Shown here piece after piece: positions 1 through 13,066 of a stretch of 64,000 nt of DNA. The position numbers and the translations under genes are program-made. Position 1 is the stretch's first letter, and every line of letters begins with the position of its first letter. This DNA is from Callorhinchus milii (Eukaryota): positions 91,142,001-91,206,000 of the forward strand of contig NW_024704742.1 in assembly GCF_018977255.1 (NCBI RefSeq), in the 5' to 3' direction. The notes under the pieces are model-generated. The model did not search any database. It was not told the DNA's origin and saw nothing but the letters and a program-made list of their open reading frames with translations.

Positions 1-226
1 TTTTCCAGGGGTAATAATTCCTTCAAAAATAATAATTTGGTCACTCAATCCACGAGTGTTTGTGGGACACTGCTGTGTGTGATTGCCTGCTGCATTTTGC
101 CGACAAAATATACAGTCAATTTACTTTACAGGGAAGCACTTTGAGACGTCTCGAAGACGTGATAATGTGCTATATCAAACGCGAGTATTATTATTATAGC
201 AAATGCAAAGATTATTATTATTATTA
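1..226 (+). mobile_element. tRNA-derived SINE, 3' half (cut by window edge)
   Basis: Body gtttgtgggacactgctgtg...atacagtcaatttactttacag and tail gagacgtctcgaagacgtga...caaatgcaaagattattatt are shared with the other copies. Confidence 0.9.
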
Positions 227-3200
227 TTCGGCATCTGACACAGTCGCTATGAAGAGCACCGAGATATCCTACATGAAGGGAAGTATATAAATGCAAATTG
301 TTGTTATACTGGTACAGATATGGAGAGGAATAAACAGATGCTGAACACCATTATATTACAAATGTAACTTTGCATTAACAGTTGAGTTCCATCAAATTCA
401 TCACAATTATGAATACTTCGCATTTCACATCAAATACTTTAGATTTTCCCAAAATAACAGCAGGGGAAATTTTGAAATTGCACCTTGAGTTATTGTTACT
501 GTCGCTTTAGATGAGACCAACTTGAAAATGCTCTCTATACATTGTTTCAATCTGCATTGCAATCTCTGTGTGACTGCCCTCTGACAGACTGTTGCAGATG
601 ATACTCATCAGCTTGATAAAATGGATGAAACATGACAGGGGAGGTCAGCAGTAACAGAAAATAACATGTAATTCAATTTTAAAAAACAGACTAATGTAAG
701 ATACCTGGATAATTTTCCACATATCACCAGCAATGATTATGTGTATTCTATCAAGCAGCCATTCACATTTTGCAAAGTGAGACTTCACTGATCCCAAACT
801 AAATGCCACTTCATATTTTTAGTTTTTTTTTAAAAATGTTTCCATTTATCTGTTGTGGTGATGGTACAGGTTTTCTTCTTCCAAACAGAAATTCTCTTTC
901 TTAAAAGAAAATAGTTTCTGATTTCTGGACATCACCCATTCCAACGTAACAAAAAAAACTTGCAATTTTGTGTTTATTAATAATAATAATGATTGTGTTT
1001 GATATAGCACCTCATCAAGTCGTTAAGACATCTCAAAGTGCTTCATAGAACATTGTTAAGTGGATAGACTGTGTATTTGTGTGCAAAATATATATATGTA
1101 CTATAATTTAAGATTCAGGATTTGAATCGTTCTAATTGATTATGTTTTATACAAAATATACACTGAAATCTTAAACAGAATTGTTTAATAAGCCAAAATA
1201 TATAGTCACTTCACTTTACAGTATATTCTGTGAAGTGTTTTGAGACATCTCAATAACATGATAAGGCATTATATCAAATGCAAGATTATTATTACGGTTC
1301 CGTTTTTAAGAATGCTCTCATAAGAACTCGTGAGAAGATTTTATAAACCAGTTAATTTCTTTCTCTTTTTTGCACCAACAAAAAAATTATTCTTCCAACT
1401 CAAACCACTGGAGTGGCTTAAAAGATCATCCTTATTAACATGAAGTGTCCAATCAATGTAAGACATACTGTAAGTTTTCCATATCAGATCACTTGGCTAC
1501 AATTTGATCAACCACAAACATATTTCAGGAAATCTTGAGGCATTGTTTCCCTGAAACATTCTCAAATCAGTATTTCTATAGGACTCAAGGAATATATTGT
1601 GAATGAAACACGAGACAGCGAAGTGCCAAACTAGAATGGGTGATTCAGTACGTTGATGAAAAAAAAATGATGAAAACTGCTGATGCAAAGAAAAATGAAG
1701 CTGATAATGCTGGTTTAGTGATTTATTGTGACCACATTTAGTGGCACCATTTGGTGGAACTATGTCGTGGCTTGACCTTAATGCTATCTCTGTGACAGAA
1801 AAAAAGGAAGCAGGATAAAAAATTGTATTGATTTGCTGATGGGTGCAAGTTAGAAGTATGAAAGCAATGAGTTCATTGATGCAACATGAAAGGAGAAGCA
1901 CATTAAGAAAATTGTCTTAGTGTTAAGAAATTCTCATGGATCAGAAGAAAGCTTTTTCATTTTGTGAGTATCAGAGTGGGTTACAGACAAGTACAAACAC
2001 CTGACCTGTTTCTGTGCAGGTCCTGCATGCTTTGGCATGTAATCTCTATTGTAAACACAGATATCACTCGAATAAATCTTACAACACAACTGCAAATGTG
2101 TTTTTTTTACAGTTCAAACCTCTTTGGGATTTTTCACCGTAATGACCATCCAACCACAAATATAGTAGTTCAGTTTAAACTTAATCTACAGTGAATAGAA
2201 AATAATATCCTTGGTACATAATCAAGAATTAAGCTGCACTTTACAGCGTTTCAGATGCGTTTCAAAGCGCTTCATGTTAATTATTGTTAAAGGTAAACAC
2301 AAAAGCCATTTTGGGCTCAACATGGTCTCCCAAACAGCCATGAGATAAACAACCAATTAATATGCCGCCAGAACAGTGGATGAAACAAGCTTTTTCAAAT
2401 GGTCTGATGCGATCTTTAAGATCTACCTGAGGATGGGCAAATGGGACCTCAGTTTTAGTGTATTTTCTTAAGGATGACAATAAATGATTCAAATTGTTTG
2501 GCTACTTGCTGTGGAGAGATAAAACACGACTCCCGACACTGATTGTAGATGGACAGGAAAGTTGAGGAGGTGGAATAAAGAAGAGCTGTGTATCATTTTT
2601 AAGACAGTGTTGTCACAAGCAATCAGTGTCTTTTGATGTGATTTATATCATTATAATATCAGTTTGCAAACAAGAAAGCTTTCTCCACTTTTTTTCTAAT
2701 GATGAACCCATTAACTATCAGTTAATGGAAATGATTTAAATCACAGGGTTTACTGCAGCAAAATATAGCTGCACAACTGGAAAAAGCCACATAGTGATAG
2801 CACACAATTTTATGCCCATTATTTCATTATTTGGCAAGATCTCAGTACCAGACAGAGGTAAGGTTCCTTAGATAAATAATACAAATCCTTACATTTGATA
2901 CAACCCCTTTCACCTTGGGAGCACATCTCAAAGCTCTTCACAGATTTCACTTTAAAGTTTAGTGTATTTTGTAGGCGACTTTCCAAGAAGGTATGTTGTA
3001 CCACATGGATTTTGTGACCTTCTTGAAGCTACTCAAAGCAGTGGCTTCCTTAGGGATCACCTGACTGCCTACTCAGATCAGAAGATGGTGCATGACCCTG
3101 GGAGGAGTGGGGAATTTAACAATGCTTTAAAGAATAGAACTTAATTTAGGGTGCAATTACTTGACGTGCATTCAAAGAAATTGTGCTGTATAATGATGCA

Positions 3201-3460
3201 TTCCAATGCATGTACCTCTTTGTAAGAGAGTATATCAATGTAATATTGGGCATTGAACATTACATAAAGTTGAAAATATTATCAGAACACAAGAGTGTGA
3301 ATCACACCAGTGCTGCTGCCCCAAGATCAGCTCAAGGCTGTCAGGGTATCTTATAATAGGTAAATCAAAATAAAGACTAATATTATTAGTCCCAGAGAGG
3401 GAGGCAGATGTTGCAGGCCAGTGCTCAGTCTGTTTGGTACTTACCCCTCAGTACTCTCTT

Positions 3461-3731
3461 TTAGGTCATGACTGAAGACCTTCCTCTTCGACCGTGCTTA
3501 GTCACCTCCTCCCTCTCCCCGGCTTGATGTCGGGCTCCACCACTGTTAAGCGCTTTGAGAGACTGCCCCGCGTGAACGGCTCTATATAAATGCAAGGCAA
3601 AATACTGCAGATGCTGGAAATCTGAAAACAAAAACAGAAGTCGCTGGGAACACTCAGCAGGTCTGGGTTTCCTGACCTGCTGTGTGTTCCCAGCGACTTC
3701 TGTTTTTGCTATATAAATGTAAGTTGTTGTT
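3461..3731 (+). mobile_element. L2 3' end carrying a 112-bp hairpin insertion
   Basis: ctgaagaccttcctcttcgaccgtgct (LKTFLFDRA), tail ...ctatataaatgcaag[3597-3708]ctatataaatgtaagttgttgtt. Confidence 0.8.
3629..3708. repeat. Near-perfect inverted repeat (38-bp arms, 4-nt loop)
   Basis: Arm 3629-3666 vs reverse complement of 3671-3708: 36/38 identical. Confidence 0.95.
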
Positions 3732-4229
3732 ACCACTCAGCAGTGAGATCAATCTCTGTCCACTGAATTATTGGCTTGAGTGAGTACCTTATAATTTCCT
3801 GTGACACCAGTGTACCTCCTTTTTATTTTTATAACGTCGCCAAGGTCAGAGTTATCTTAAATGCAATGCTGCAATAATGTTTATGATCGTCCTAACGTTT
3901 TGGACATATTTCATCATTGCAATAAGTTAGACACAAGAAGCAAAATCTGGATTGGAATCAAGCTTTTTCAAACCAACAGAAATACAAATCGGGCAAGAAA
4001 ATACTTCAGTGTCAGGTGGACCAAATTTTTATTTATAACAGTGACAGCAAAGTTGCTATTGCATTGCTCCCATTGTTGTTTCACTCACATGCAAGTGTGG
4101 AATTTTCCCTAGAGTTGTTGCTTTGTGCTTCTGCTCGCATTCTGTGTTCATATTTCATGCTGGCCTTCATATGATAGGAGGTAGGCAATTTAATTTGGCA
4201 ACTTTCTGTTACACCCACAAAACAATACT

Positions 4230-4540
4230 GTGGAGTCCTGTAGCTCAGTGGTTAGAGGATTCACCCCACAAGTGAGAGACCTGGGTTCAATTCCCGGCAG
4301 GGAAAACCTTGGATAAGTTTCCGTACTCCACACGCCTGATAATAAATCCTCAAGAAAAAAAAACAATAATAATTTGTTCACTCAATCCACGACTGTTTGT
4401 GCGACACTAATGTGCGCAATTGGCTGCCACGTTTCACCTACAAATATAAGCAATTCACTATACAGTCTGTTCTGTGAAGCGCTTTGAGATGTCCAGAAGA
4501 TGTGAAAAGCGCGAAATCAAATGCAAGAATTATTATTATT
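4230..4540 (+). mobile_element. Full-length tRNA-Ala-derived SINE, short subfamily (SINE2-1_CM-like)
   Basis: Head gtggagtcctgtagctcagtggttagag (A box) and gggttcaattccc (B box), shared body, (TTA)n tail. Confidence 0.92.
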
Positions 4541-5249
4541 AATACAACTTTACATTTATATGCCTTTCATGTCAAGAGGACGTCCCAAGGCATCATAGAG
4601 TCCAGGGTTTGCACCGAAGCTGGTGGTGGGGGATGACTGTGGTGGAGGGGAGAAGGGTGTCAGAAAGCAGTCAAAGAGGACCTTGGAGGAGACAAGCCAA
4701 AGGGACTCCAAGATGGAATTCCAGAGAGTATGGGCAGTGCAAAAACAACAACAAATTTGCCCACAAAATACACTGTCACTACACTTTACAGTATATTCTG
4801 TGATGTGCTTTGAGACGTCTGGAAGAAGTGATAAGGCGCTATATCAAATGCAAAGATTATTATTTATAGTGCCTTAATACTTAAAAGTTCACTCCGCAGA
4901 GTTTATACAATGCTGATATTGTTTATCCACTGCCAGTGAGCAATGGAAACTGATAAGGTTGCATCTGCTGACAAAATATTGCAGAACATACATGTTCCTG
5001 CTGAGAAGACTTCATCCAAAATCATGGTTGTGGTTGGCAGGAGGTCACTCTTTCCATCCATAATTAAAACTAGTTTCCACATCCACTGGTTTTATATCAG
5101 CCATCTGAAATCCAACAAATATTTGGTGTGTATATGTGTGGTGGGGAGGGGTGAGGGAAGGAAAAGAGGAAAATAACCTAGACTGGATGACATATTGGTA
5201 CAATATCACCAATCTTGCCCCCTTGTGGACCAATCTTTCAGCCAGCAAG

Positions 5250-5541
5250 TAATAATAATAATCCTTGCATTTGATACAGCACATTTTCACATCGATGAGA
5301 GTTCTCAAAGCACTTCACAGAATATACTGTAAGTGAATATAATGTGTATTTTGTGGGCAAAACATGGCAGCCATTTGCACACAGCAGTGTCCCTCCCACA
5401 AACAGTCGTGAATTGAGTAACCAAATTATTATTTTTTTTATGAAAGGATTATAATCCACGGAAAAGCGATCTGCTGATCGACTGATAACCAGGTTCCTAC
5501 TTACTGCTAGTAAATCTAACCAAGACGCTATAGGACTCCAC
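5250..5541 (-). mobile_element. Same SINE, long subfamily, with internal deletion of most of the tRNA head
   Basis: 5' end ggactccac at about 5541 joins the ttactgctag core segment after about 25 bp; normal body and tail. Confidence 0.85.
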
Positions 5542-8500
5542 AAGTAATGAACATCCGCTTTGTCAGAGGTATGCAAGTTTCTTGCTATCTATCCTACAGT
5601 ATTAGTACCACCAAAGTATACAGTGCATATTGTCAAGATTTCCAACATACTATCCTACTGATGAGTACAAGATAAACAACACCTAAATCAGAAAAAAAAC
5701 ACTCATTCACAGTTACAAATGTTAATATTCAATAAATGAAAAATACTCATAAAATAATATAACTTTTTTTTCAAAAAACAAATTAGTTAATAACAATAAC
5801 TGACACTTAAAGTTATGCGTTTTTGTAGAGAAAGGCAAAGCCATCATTGGTTGGGGAGCAGGGCTTTAAACACATCTCGTAAAAGTATAGTGATCACGTA
5901 ATGAGCACCCTGAGGGTAAATTTGGTTTTTAATTAGAAATCCATAAACAGTTTTATATGTTGTAAAATGTCCATTGTTTAAGGGTCAATAAGTAGACCTG
6001 AATACACAATTTCACTTATTATAAAAATATTTTATTAGTTTTAACTAACTAGATTGATTACACAATTGCATTGTTAATTCATCAAATGCTGCCAAATGTA
6101 GACATTTTGGATGTACTTACGTCTAATTCAGTGTATCTACACTTGCACTTTCTATCTCTTGCCTGTTGCACATATGTGCCATAAGGACAAAGTACTCCCC
6201 TGTGCACACATACCATTTCTCTTTCCTTGTTACTAGACTGAGGATCACATGGTAGCTGTTTTGAGAATCCCTGTTATTTATGGCTGGAGCCACTAGAACA
6301 GAATTGTTTTAATTTCTGGTGGGCAGCTGGGAGGTGCTGATTCCCAGCGTAGCGGTGGATATGGGCTTCTGCGCTCTGGCACACCTAACAAACAAATTAA
6401 TCTACAGGAAGAGATATGTTCATTGTTTCCTGGCAATATAACAAGAACAATTCCCTGACACTCTCGTGGGGGCTGGGAGGTTTACGTCAATATTTCTTAA
6501 CAGTTCAGGGAGGTTCTCAAGAGTGACTTGTCACATCATGTAACACACTGGTTTTCGGTAGTCCACTGCTCCGGGAACTGTGAATCCTGGAAGTCATCAG
6601 TATATACAGAAATTGCAAGAGCTATACAAAATTGTGAGATTGATTTCAGAATAATTTTATTATAAAATAGTTCACTTTAATGTTTCTCCCAAGCCCATGT
6701 GATTCCAAATCTCTTTTATTGCTATTTTGTGTTCGGTTCATTTTCTCGCCTGGCAAATTGTACATGACAAAGAAATGACAACAGAAATCTCACTGGTCGG
6801 TGCAGTGTTGAAGGACTCATGTAAACCAATTAGAAATTAAAATCTCTTTTTCTGGGGAATAGTCTTAGAGTTTGACAAATGAAGGGTCTTTTCTTCAGAG
6901 AGAAATATTTAGCAGTCTATTTTCCCACAATTTAAAATACACTGTTTTATATTATCTGAACAAGAAGAATAGCTATGTAAACAAATCTTTTTTGCGGTAC
7001 AGAAACACCCAAAATACCAAGTAAAAACAAATTCAAGTTGGTCGAAATGTTTACTTTAACTGAACTGGAATTTTTTGATCAAACCATGGCGATCCTAATG
7101 CTGACACTTAAGGGGTTAAAGACTTTTAACCAATGTCAATAGCGTATCCTTTGAAGCTATTAAACAAGGGACTGTATTCGTTTGCCCAACTGAACATCAC
7201 TTCATAAATTGCAGCCTCCTAAAAGCTTGTCAAATAAGTTGCCAGAAACCGCCTAGTGGTTAGCACTCAGTTCCTTCCTGCTTGACCTATTATTTGATAT
7301 TTGACCAGTTGGTTGCGAGACACTTGCTCTTTCGAGCTGAAATGTCACAGGGGCTTCATGTCAACTCCCTGACATGCCGGCCTGACGTGCGTTTTTTTGC
7401 TTTTGTGTGCTACAAAGCAGAAAATGCAGGGCAACAGCTAAATTTCTAATTCAGTGCAATTTTTTTTCAGGGGGCAGAGGGAGGCAAAGGGAAGAGGTAG
7501 TCAACCATGGGATTCCAACAAAGCAAGAATCTTGTTTTTATTTTTACCTGATTTAATCCTCCCCACCTCTCGGTTCTCTCCCATCTTCCAATCATAACCT
7601 CATGCTTCAGCAATTTTCCTTTAGCTGGGAGGGCGGCGGACGTCTGCACACATGTAGCATGCTTGCTGTGAGTCCCGCTGGATAAAGTGATAAGAAACTC
7701 ATGAACTGACTGCGCCGCTTTAGAACTGCCAAAATTCAGAACCAGGAATGCAACCCAGAACCATTCTGATTAACGTAACCACTACAGCTCCTAGCTGCTA
7801 AACAACTTTTTTGGGCCATGAAGGCCAAAGAAGCAATTATTTCACTAAGGTCTGTGAGAGCTAAATGAATTAGTTGCTGTAGTGACATTCTTTCAGGAAC
7901 CAACACTGCGCAGTCCATAAACATGTCACCTCCAGTCTTCTCAGTACAGGTGTTTTACCTTCCTTATCAGACAATAACTGATAAAAAGAATGAGGTTGAG
8001 GGTCTGCAGGGACCAGAGACCAACAGTTAACTCAGTATGTTCAGATGGGCAACGCTATCATCATGTAACTCAGTGAGAGGCAATCTGACCTTCTCACATT
8101 GACCAGGAGTGACATTATTGTGCAGAGAAGAACCAGTCACATCATTTCTGCTCTGCACAACCTGTTTAAAGTTTGCAACTAAATGCTTGTCTTCAGTTCA
8201 GTTGACAAGAGAGAAGAGGGGGCTCAGTGAACCATGGCAAGGCTGCCATGAAATGACAGGAATCATTGGCATACATTTCAAATAGCTTTAGCGATCCTAT
8301 TAAAGTGCTGCATCCCACCTTAAAACTGACATGTATGAAAAAAAACTTTGATAGATAGAGACTAAAATGGCTTATTGATTTCTTTTAAGCCGGTGGAAAA
8401 TTACTTAAAATGTGTCACTCTTTTGCATTTTAAAATATAGTTATTCAATATAAAATGAAAATCACACATTATAAATAAAAGCTATACTTAACAAATAAAC

Positions 8501-8663
8501 TGCTCAGCTATACAAAAAGGGTTTTGAACAGCAATGGTGTGGAAACATTGAAATACATAAATATAAGATTGTTTACAATTGCCATCATTTTAAGAGACAC
8601 AAACTGCAACCGAAAGAGTTGTTTTCTTAATTCATATATGTACATCAAAATAGCTTGGATCTG

Positions 8664-8909
8664 TTATCTAAATGCATTATAGGGCGTATTTTGTGCTGGT
8701 CTTAAGGACCCAATGTCCGAAATAGTATGAAATGAGTAGGATGAGGAATGAGAACGGGTTCGCCTGTTCCCTGGAGGATCCCTCAGAAAGCTGTAGGAGA
8801 CATCAGTTTCTGGATGCAAGGGTGCAAAGTCTTGGTTGACACTCTTCTCAGGTTGCAAGTCCATTTGAGACAGGGGCGTGAATGGCTTTTCCAATACATC
8901 TCTGGCAAG
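8664..8909 (-). CDS. ccdc171: CCDC171 terminal coding exon, LARDVLEKPF...DFAPLHPETDVSYSFLRD...YNAFR*
   Basis: Long pyrimidine tract ending acgcag at 8911-8910, phase 0 matching the previous exon, TAA at 8666-8664. DFAPLHPETDVSYSFLRD resembles recalled human DFLPLKAELDTTYTFLKE. Follows a 22-kb intron. Confidence 0.8.
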   Translation of the reverse strand, partial: LARDVLEKPFTPLSQMDLQPEKSVNQDFAPLHPETDVSYSFLRDPPGNRRTRSHSSSYSFHTISDIGSLRPAQNTPYNAFR

Positions 8910-9489
8910 CTGCGTGATGGGAATGGAGGGAGAAACAGAAAAGAACAATCAGAATTTAATTCTGAAAGGCAAGAATCTGGAAAACTGTTTATAAATACAA
9001 TTTTACATTCAATTGACGCAAATGGGAACATGACCTGGTGTGAAAGTTTATTTTCCAACATGTACATGCTGAACTCTACTTTCGGCAAGTCCAAAGCAGG
9101 GTGTGATGTTCAGCATGTATACAAGGCAATAATTTCTACATTATTAAATTTAGAACCGGTTACTATCATCACTGCAATATATTAAGTCTTACTTAATGTT
9201 ATGCTTCTCAATAATGTAAACTTCTGTTTTTTGAATTCTTGACAAACAAGCGGGTCATAAGGGAGGAGGGAGAGAAGGGGGAAGAGAAAATTTTGTTTGA
9301 GTTCTTTGTTTACTAAAAAATACGGTATTCTGGGATCTCTGGGATTCGAAGGTCACAAAACGTACGTTCAACAATACAAACCCTGCTTTTCAGGTATCGC
9401 CATTGAGAAAGTTTCTGGCTCATTCAGTCATATAAATATCACATGAATTTCAAATTTGACAGTGAGTGTTTTTCTGCTCTCCATGATCA

Positions 9490-9610
9490 GGTGTCAGCCT
9501 GGCTCAGATGGCAACAATCTCATCTCTGAATCAGAAGGTTGGGTTCAAGCCCCATGTCGGGACTTTGAACTTCCCTAATCTAGGCTAACACTTCATTGCA
9601 GGACTGGGGA
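9490..9610 (+). mobile_element. 5' fragment of Deu-type SINE
   Basis: gtgtcagcctggctcag...ctctgaatcagaaggttgggttcaagcccc...ctaggctaacacttcattgcaggactg. Confidence 0.7.
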
Positions 9611-9611
9611 A

Positions 9612-10520
9612 ACGAAGGCTCAGCCCCCGATGGTGGCATAGAGAGTGCAGGGGATACGCAGAAAGCATAGTGGACGAGTGGAGGAGAAGGTAAGAGAAGA
9701 TCATAGAGAGGAGGTGCTAGGGCATAGAGGGATTTGTAGGTGAGTGCGAGGGCTTTTGAAATCAAGGGAGGACTGGAGTAATGGGTGTATGGAGTCTGGT
9801 GTAAGATACGGGTAGCGAAGTTTAAAATAGAGCTTCTGCATGGTGGAGCTAGAGACCAGAAAGAAATGCATTAAAAGTCTAAGTGGGAGGGAGGTAACAA
9901 TAACTTGAATAAGTATCATTGGGTGTAAGATAGTGCCAGTGGTACGCAATGTAGTGGAGGTGAAGGAAAGTAGTTTTGGCCATGGTATGAATGGCTGGAT
10001 GGGAGGGGGCGAGGTGGGGTGCTGGTGTTGCAGCTGCTATTGAGCTGCTCAACCAATGGGCGGCTCAATAGCACCATCGCAGTTAGGGCGGGTGGAGGGC
10101 CAACAGGAGCGAAGTTCAGAGATTGAGTGGGAATTTGAGAGTTTTCTCCACAACAACTTGCATGATGAAGGATTGACATGGGGAGGGGATTTAGGATGTA
10201 AAGGTAAGGAAGGAAGTGGTCTGAGATTGCAAACTGAAATTGAGACCTTATGTAATGACAAGATGTAGATGAGGGACGTGACATGTTAAGGGAGTTTGTT
10301 AAGGGAGGAGAGGAAAGCAAGGGTCAGTCGGGTTCGTGTGAGTGAGGAGTTCGATGAGCTCAACCAAAATGCCATGGATAGAAAGATCTTTGATAATGAG
10401 GCAGCAGATGTTATTTATGGTGATAGTAAGAGAAGGGGAGGGGGAGTGAAGGAAGGGAGGAAAAGCTAGAGGAATTATGACTGGAAATAAAGTGTGGGAG
10501 GAGAAGCCAGGAGTGAAATG
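9612..10520 (-). mobile_element. Degenerate, internally deleted L2 LINE
   Basis: ALTYKSLYALAPP, ISDHF motif, strongly C/T-skewed minus strand as in the other L2 copies. Confidence 0.7.
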
Positions 10521-10525
10521 GGTTG

Positions 10526-10900
10526 CCTTGATAGAGGTATACAAAATTATGAGGGGTTTTGTTAGGGTAAATAGGGAGACGTTATTTCCATTGATAGGGG
10601 AGCCAGTATCTAGGATACACAGTTGCCAATAGCCACAAGAACAGCAATAGGAAAATTAGGAGGATTTTTTTCACCCAGAGTTGTTGGGATGTGGAATACT
10701 CTGCCGAGGAGGGTAGTGGAGGCTAAGTCCATCGCAGCTTTCATGAGGGAAGTAGACAGGCATGAAAGAGAGAGGCTTGAAGGAGCATGGGGAAAAGGTG
10801 GGGCATTGGAATTGAAGCACTCTCTTTGCTGTGTAAACTAGTGCAGCCTCGATGGGCTGAATGGCCTCCTTCTGCATTGTAATCCAAGTTTCTAACTCTA
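10526..10900 (+). mobile_element. CR1 LINE 3' end
   Basis: LIEVYKIMRG, FFSPRVVGMWNTLP; 3' UTR gatgggctgaatggcctccttctg. Confidence 0.9.
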
Positions 10901-11284
10901 CCATCTTTTGATTACAACATATGAATGAGTGAATTTGAAGACACCATTAACATGTATTGAACAGTAACTAGTTTTCCACAAGTGAACACAGCTTCTCAAA
11001 TAAATATCAGGAGAAACTTATTCCAAGAAAAGCATTTTTTTAAATTCCTTATTGGCATGTAGGTCAATTGTTGATTTAATTTAAATAGAACAATAATTTT
11101 AGAATATGCTGCTTTGTGCTGCTATGATGAGAAGTCTTACTGCAACACTCAATATTGTTAAACTCTAAACCACTTTCCACTTTTTTTGTTGATGTAACTT
11201 TTTCCACACAAACATCTTCACGTCAAATAGCACAACACAGCAGGAAATGTTGTTGCTCTGTGAACTAATGAGGTCTAATATATG

Positions 11285-11473
11285 GCAATTTCTAACTTGA
11301 TTTCTTAATAGGGAAGATAGAAGTGTGACACTCTGACCCATGGGAATTCCATTCCTACGAAATCTATTTTCACCGCAGAATTCCCGCAGGTCGACGTGAT
11401 ATGTGTGATGTTTGCACAGTTACTCAAGAAATACCCATCCAGATTCCTTATGAAGAAATACTATTAGAATTGC
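11285..11473. repeat. Imperfect terminal inverted repeats of about 30 bp; possible small non-autonomous DNA transposon
   Basis: gcaatttctaacttgatttcttaatagggaa vs reverse complement of 11444-11473, gcaattctaatagtatttcttcataaggaa. Confidence 0.55.
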
Positions 11474-13066
11474 AGTGCCAGTGAGGAAGCATTGCTTAAT
11501 TACATACAATTCATGTCACTAGAGAATTACTATCCATTTTATTTAATGCTAACATACTGTATATTGTAGTCAAATCTCTTACAGATATATTCTGTTTAAG
11601 AATATGTTACTGTTATAGTAAAATATTATAAAGCACCTCTCATACCTTCACAGCACGCTACATAGGCCATCTTGAGAAGTTTATTAAAAAATAGACTTAT
11701 CTAACTCACTCCACTATGATAAATCCACACAGATGTTTAAACCTAAAACATTTGATAATTCAACTCAGCAGAATTCTTCATAATCATATGCAATGCGATC
11801 CTTTCTATTCCTTTGGGATCCAGACATGGAAAACAGAGAAGCCATAAGGATTTCTACAGACTGTACTGTCTACATTTGCTGGCAGTAATTATTCAGATCA
11901 GCCGTCTTTTACTTTCCACAAACATTTCCATTGTCAGACACAACAATGTTTTTGAATGCCAGTCATCAAGATAAGTGAGCCCTAGATAGTTAACAATATA
12001 TTTTAAACTTTTTATGTCACAGATTGCCAAGTCAGTCTCCTCATTAGAAGTGTGCATGTGTGTATTGGACGGTAAGAGAGGAATGAGGTTGAAGCCAAAC
12101 TACATAACTTCATTTGCAGATCTGACTGAATGCCAGATTCATTGGTCTAACCTCTCTCTGCTTGTGAAAACTGCATGTTCACCACTTTAAATGCACTAAT
12201 GGCACGCCTAACAGAACAGCTTTCAGTATAGCCAAATAACTCTCAATTTAGACGATAAAATGTAAATGACAAGACTGATAGAATTTACCTTGGAATAGAG
12301 AGGTGAAAAAGAATAGAAAGCCCCCTAAGAGACACAGTAAGCATCCACGTTCAATCCTCTAGTGTTTAAGAGTTACCATCTCACGCATTCTCGACTGGCT
12401 CAGCTCCAGTTTCCTTTTGGAACCATCTCAGATAGAAGAAATTACTTCCCCTACTTTCTTCCCAACTGTCTCTGTTCTCCAAATTTGAGAATTTTGACCA
12501 CATTTTTAAAAGCCCTCAAATGCACACTTGACTCTTATGACCTGTGATATGATGAGATTATCGTATGCTATGAATTCTGAATAGAAAATAGTGTCAATGT
12601 TGAAAATAAACTATTTTCCAAGTTATTTGGTGGAAGAATTTACAAGTGATTCATTGAACCTAGAGTATTTTAATTTTGTTAAAATTCTTAGTTTTTGAGA
12701 ATTTGCACTCATTTTAACATATATTATTGCAAATGTATCTTTAATGTCTATAAATTCAAGTAGATTAAATAAAGATTGATATTATACTTAAATCAACAAT
12801 GATGACATTCAGCAACATTTAATTTTTGTTCATGTAAGTTCTTTGCCATTTTCTGTGCCCACAAAAATAATGAATCCAATGCTATACATCTGGAATACTA
12901 CCTATTTCTCAAACAAAATTTATCCTAACAATACTGCTTTTAATGCTGGATTATGCAGCATGAGGTGAGATTAAGAACAATACAGTATTAAAATGAGCTG
13001 GTCACCAAATCTGACTAAGCCAGGGGTAGAAATTAGCTTGAGAACAAAGGTTATAATTTTTTGCTT

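Noticed and set aside
1497..1901. 134-aa minus-strand ORF and coding-like plus strand
   Set aside because: No recognisable homology or splice structure, and stops in the plus frames. It might be a decayed element but I cannot support that.
6327..6349. Hairpin gctggga...tcccagc as a possible ncRNA
   Set aside because: Only a 7-bp stem and no recognisable RNA family motifs.
8748..9185. 145-aa plus-strand ORF
   Set aside because: Antisense shadow of the ccdc171 last exon, with no recognisable domain.
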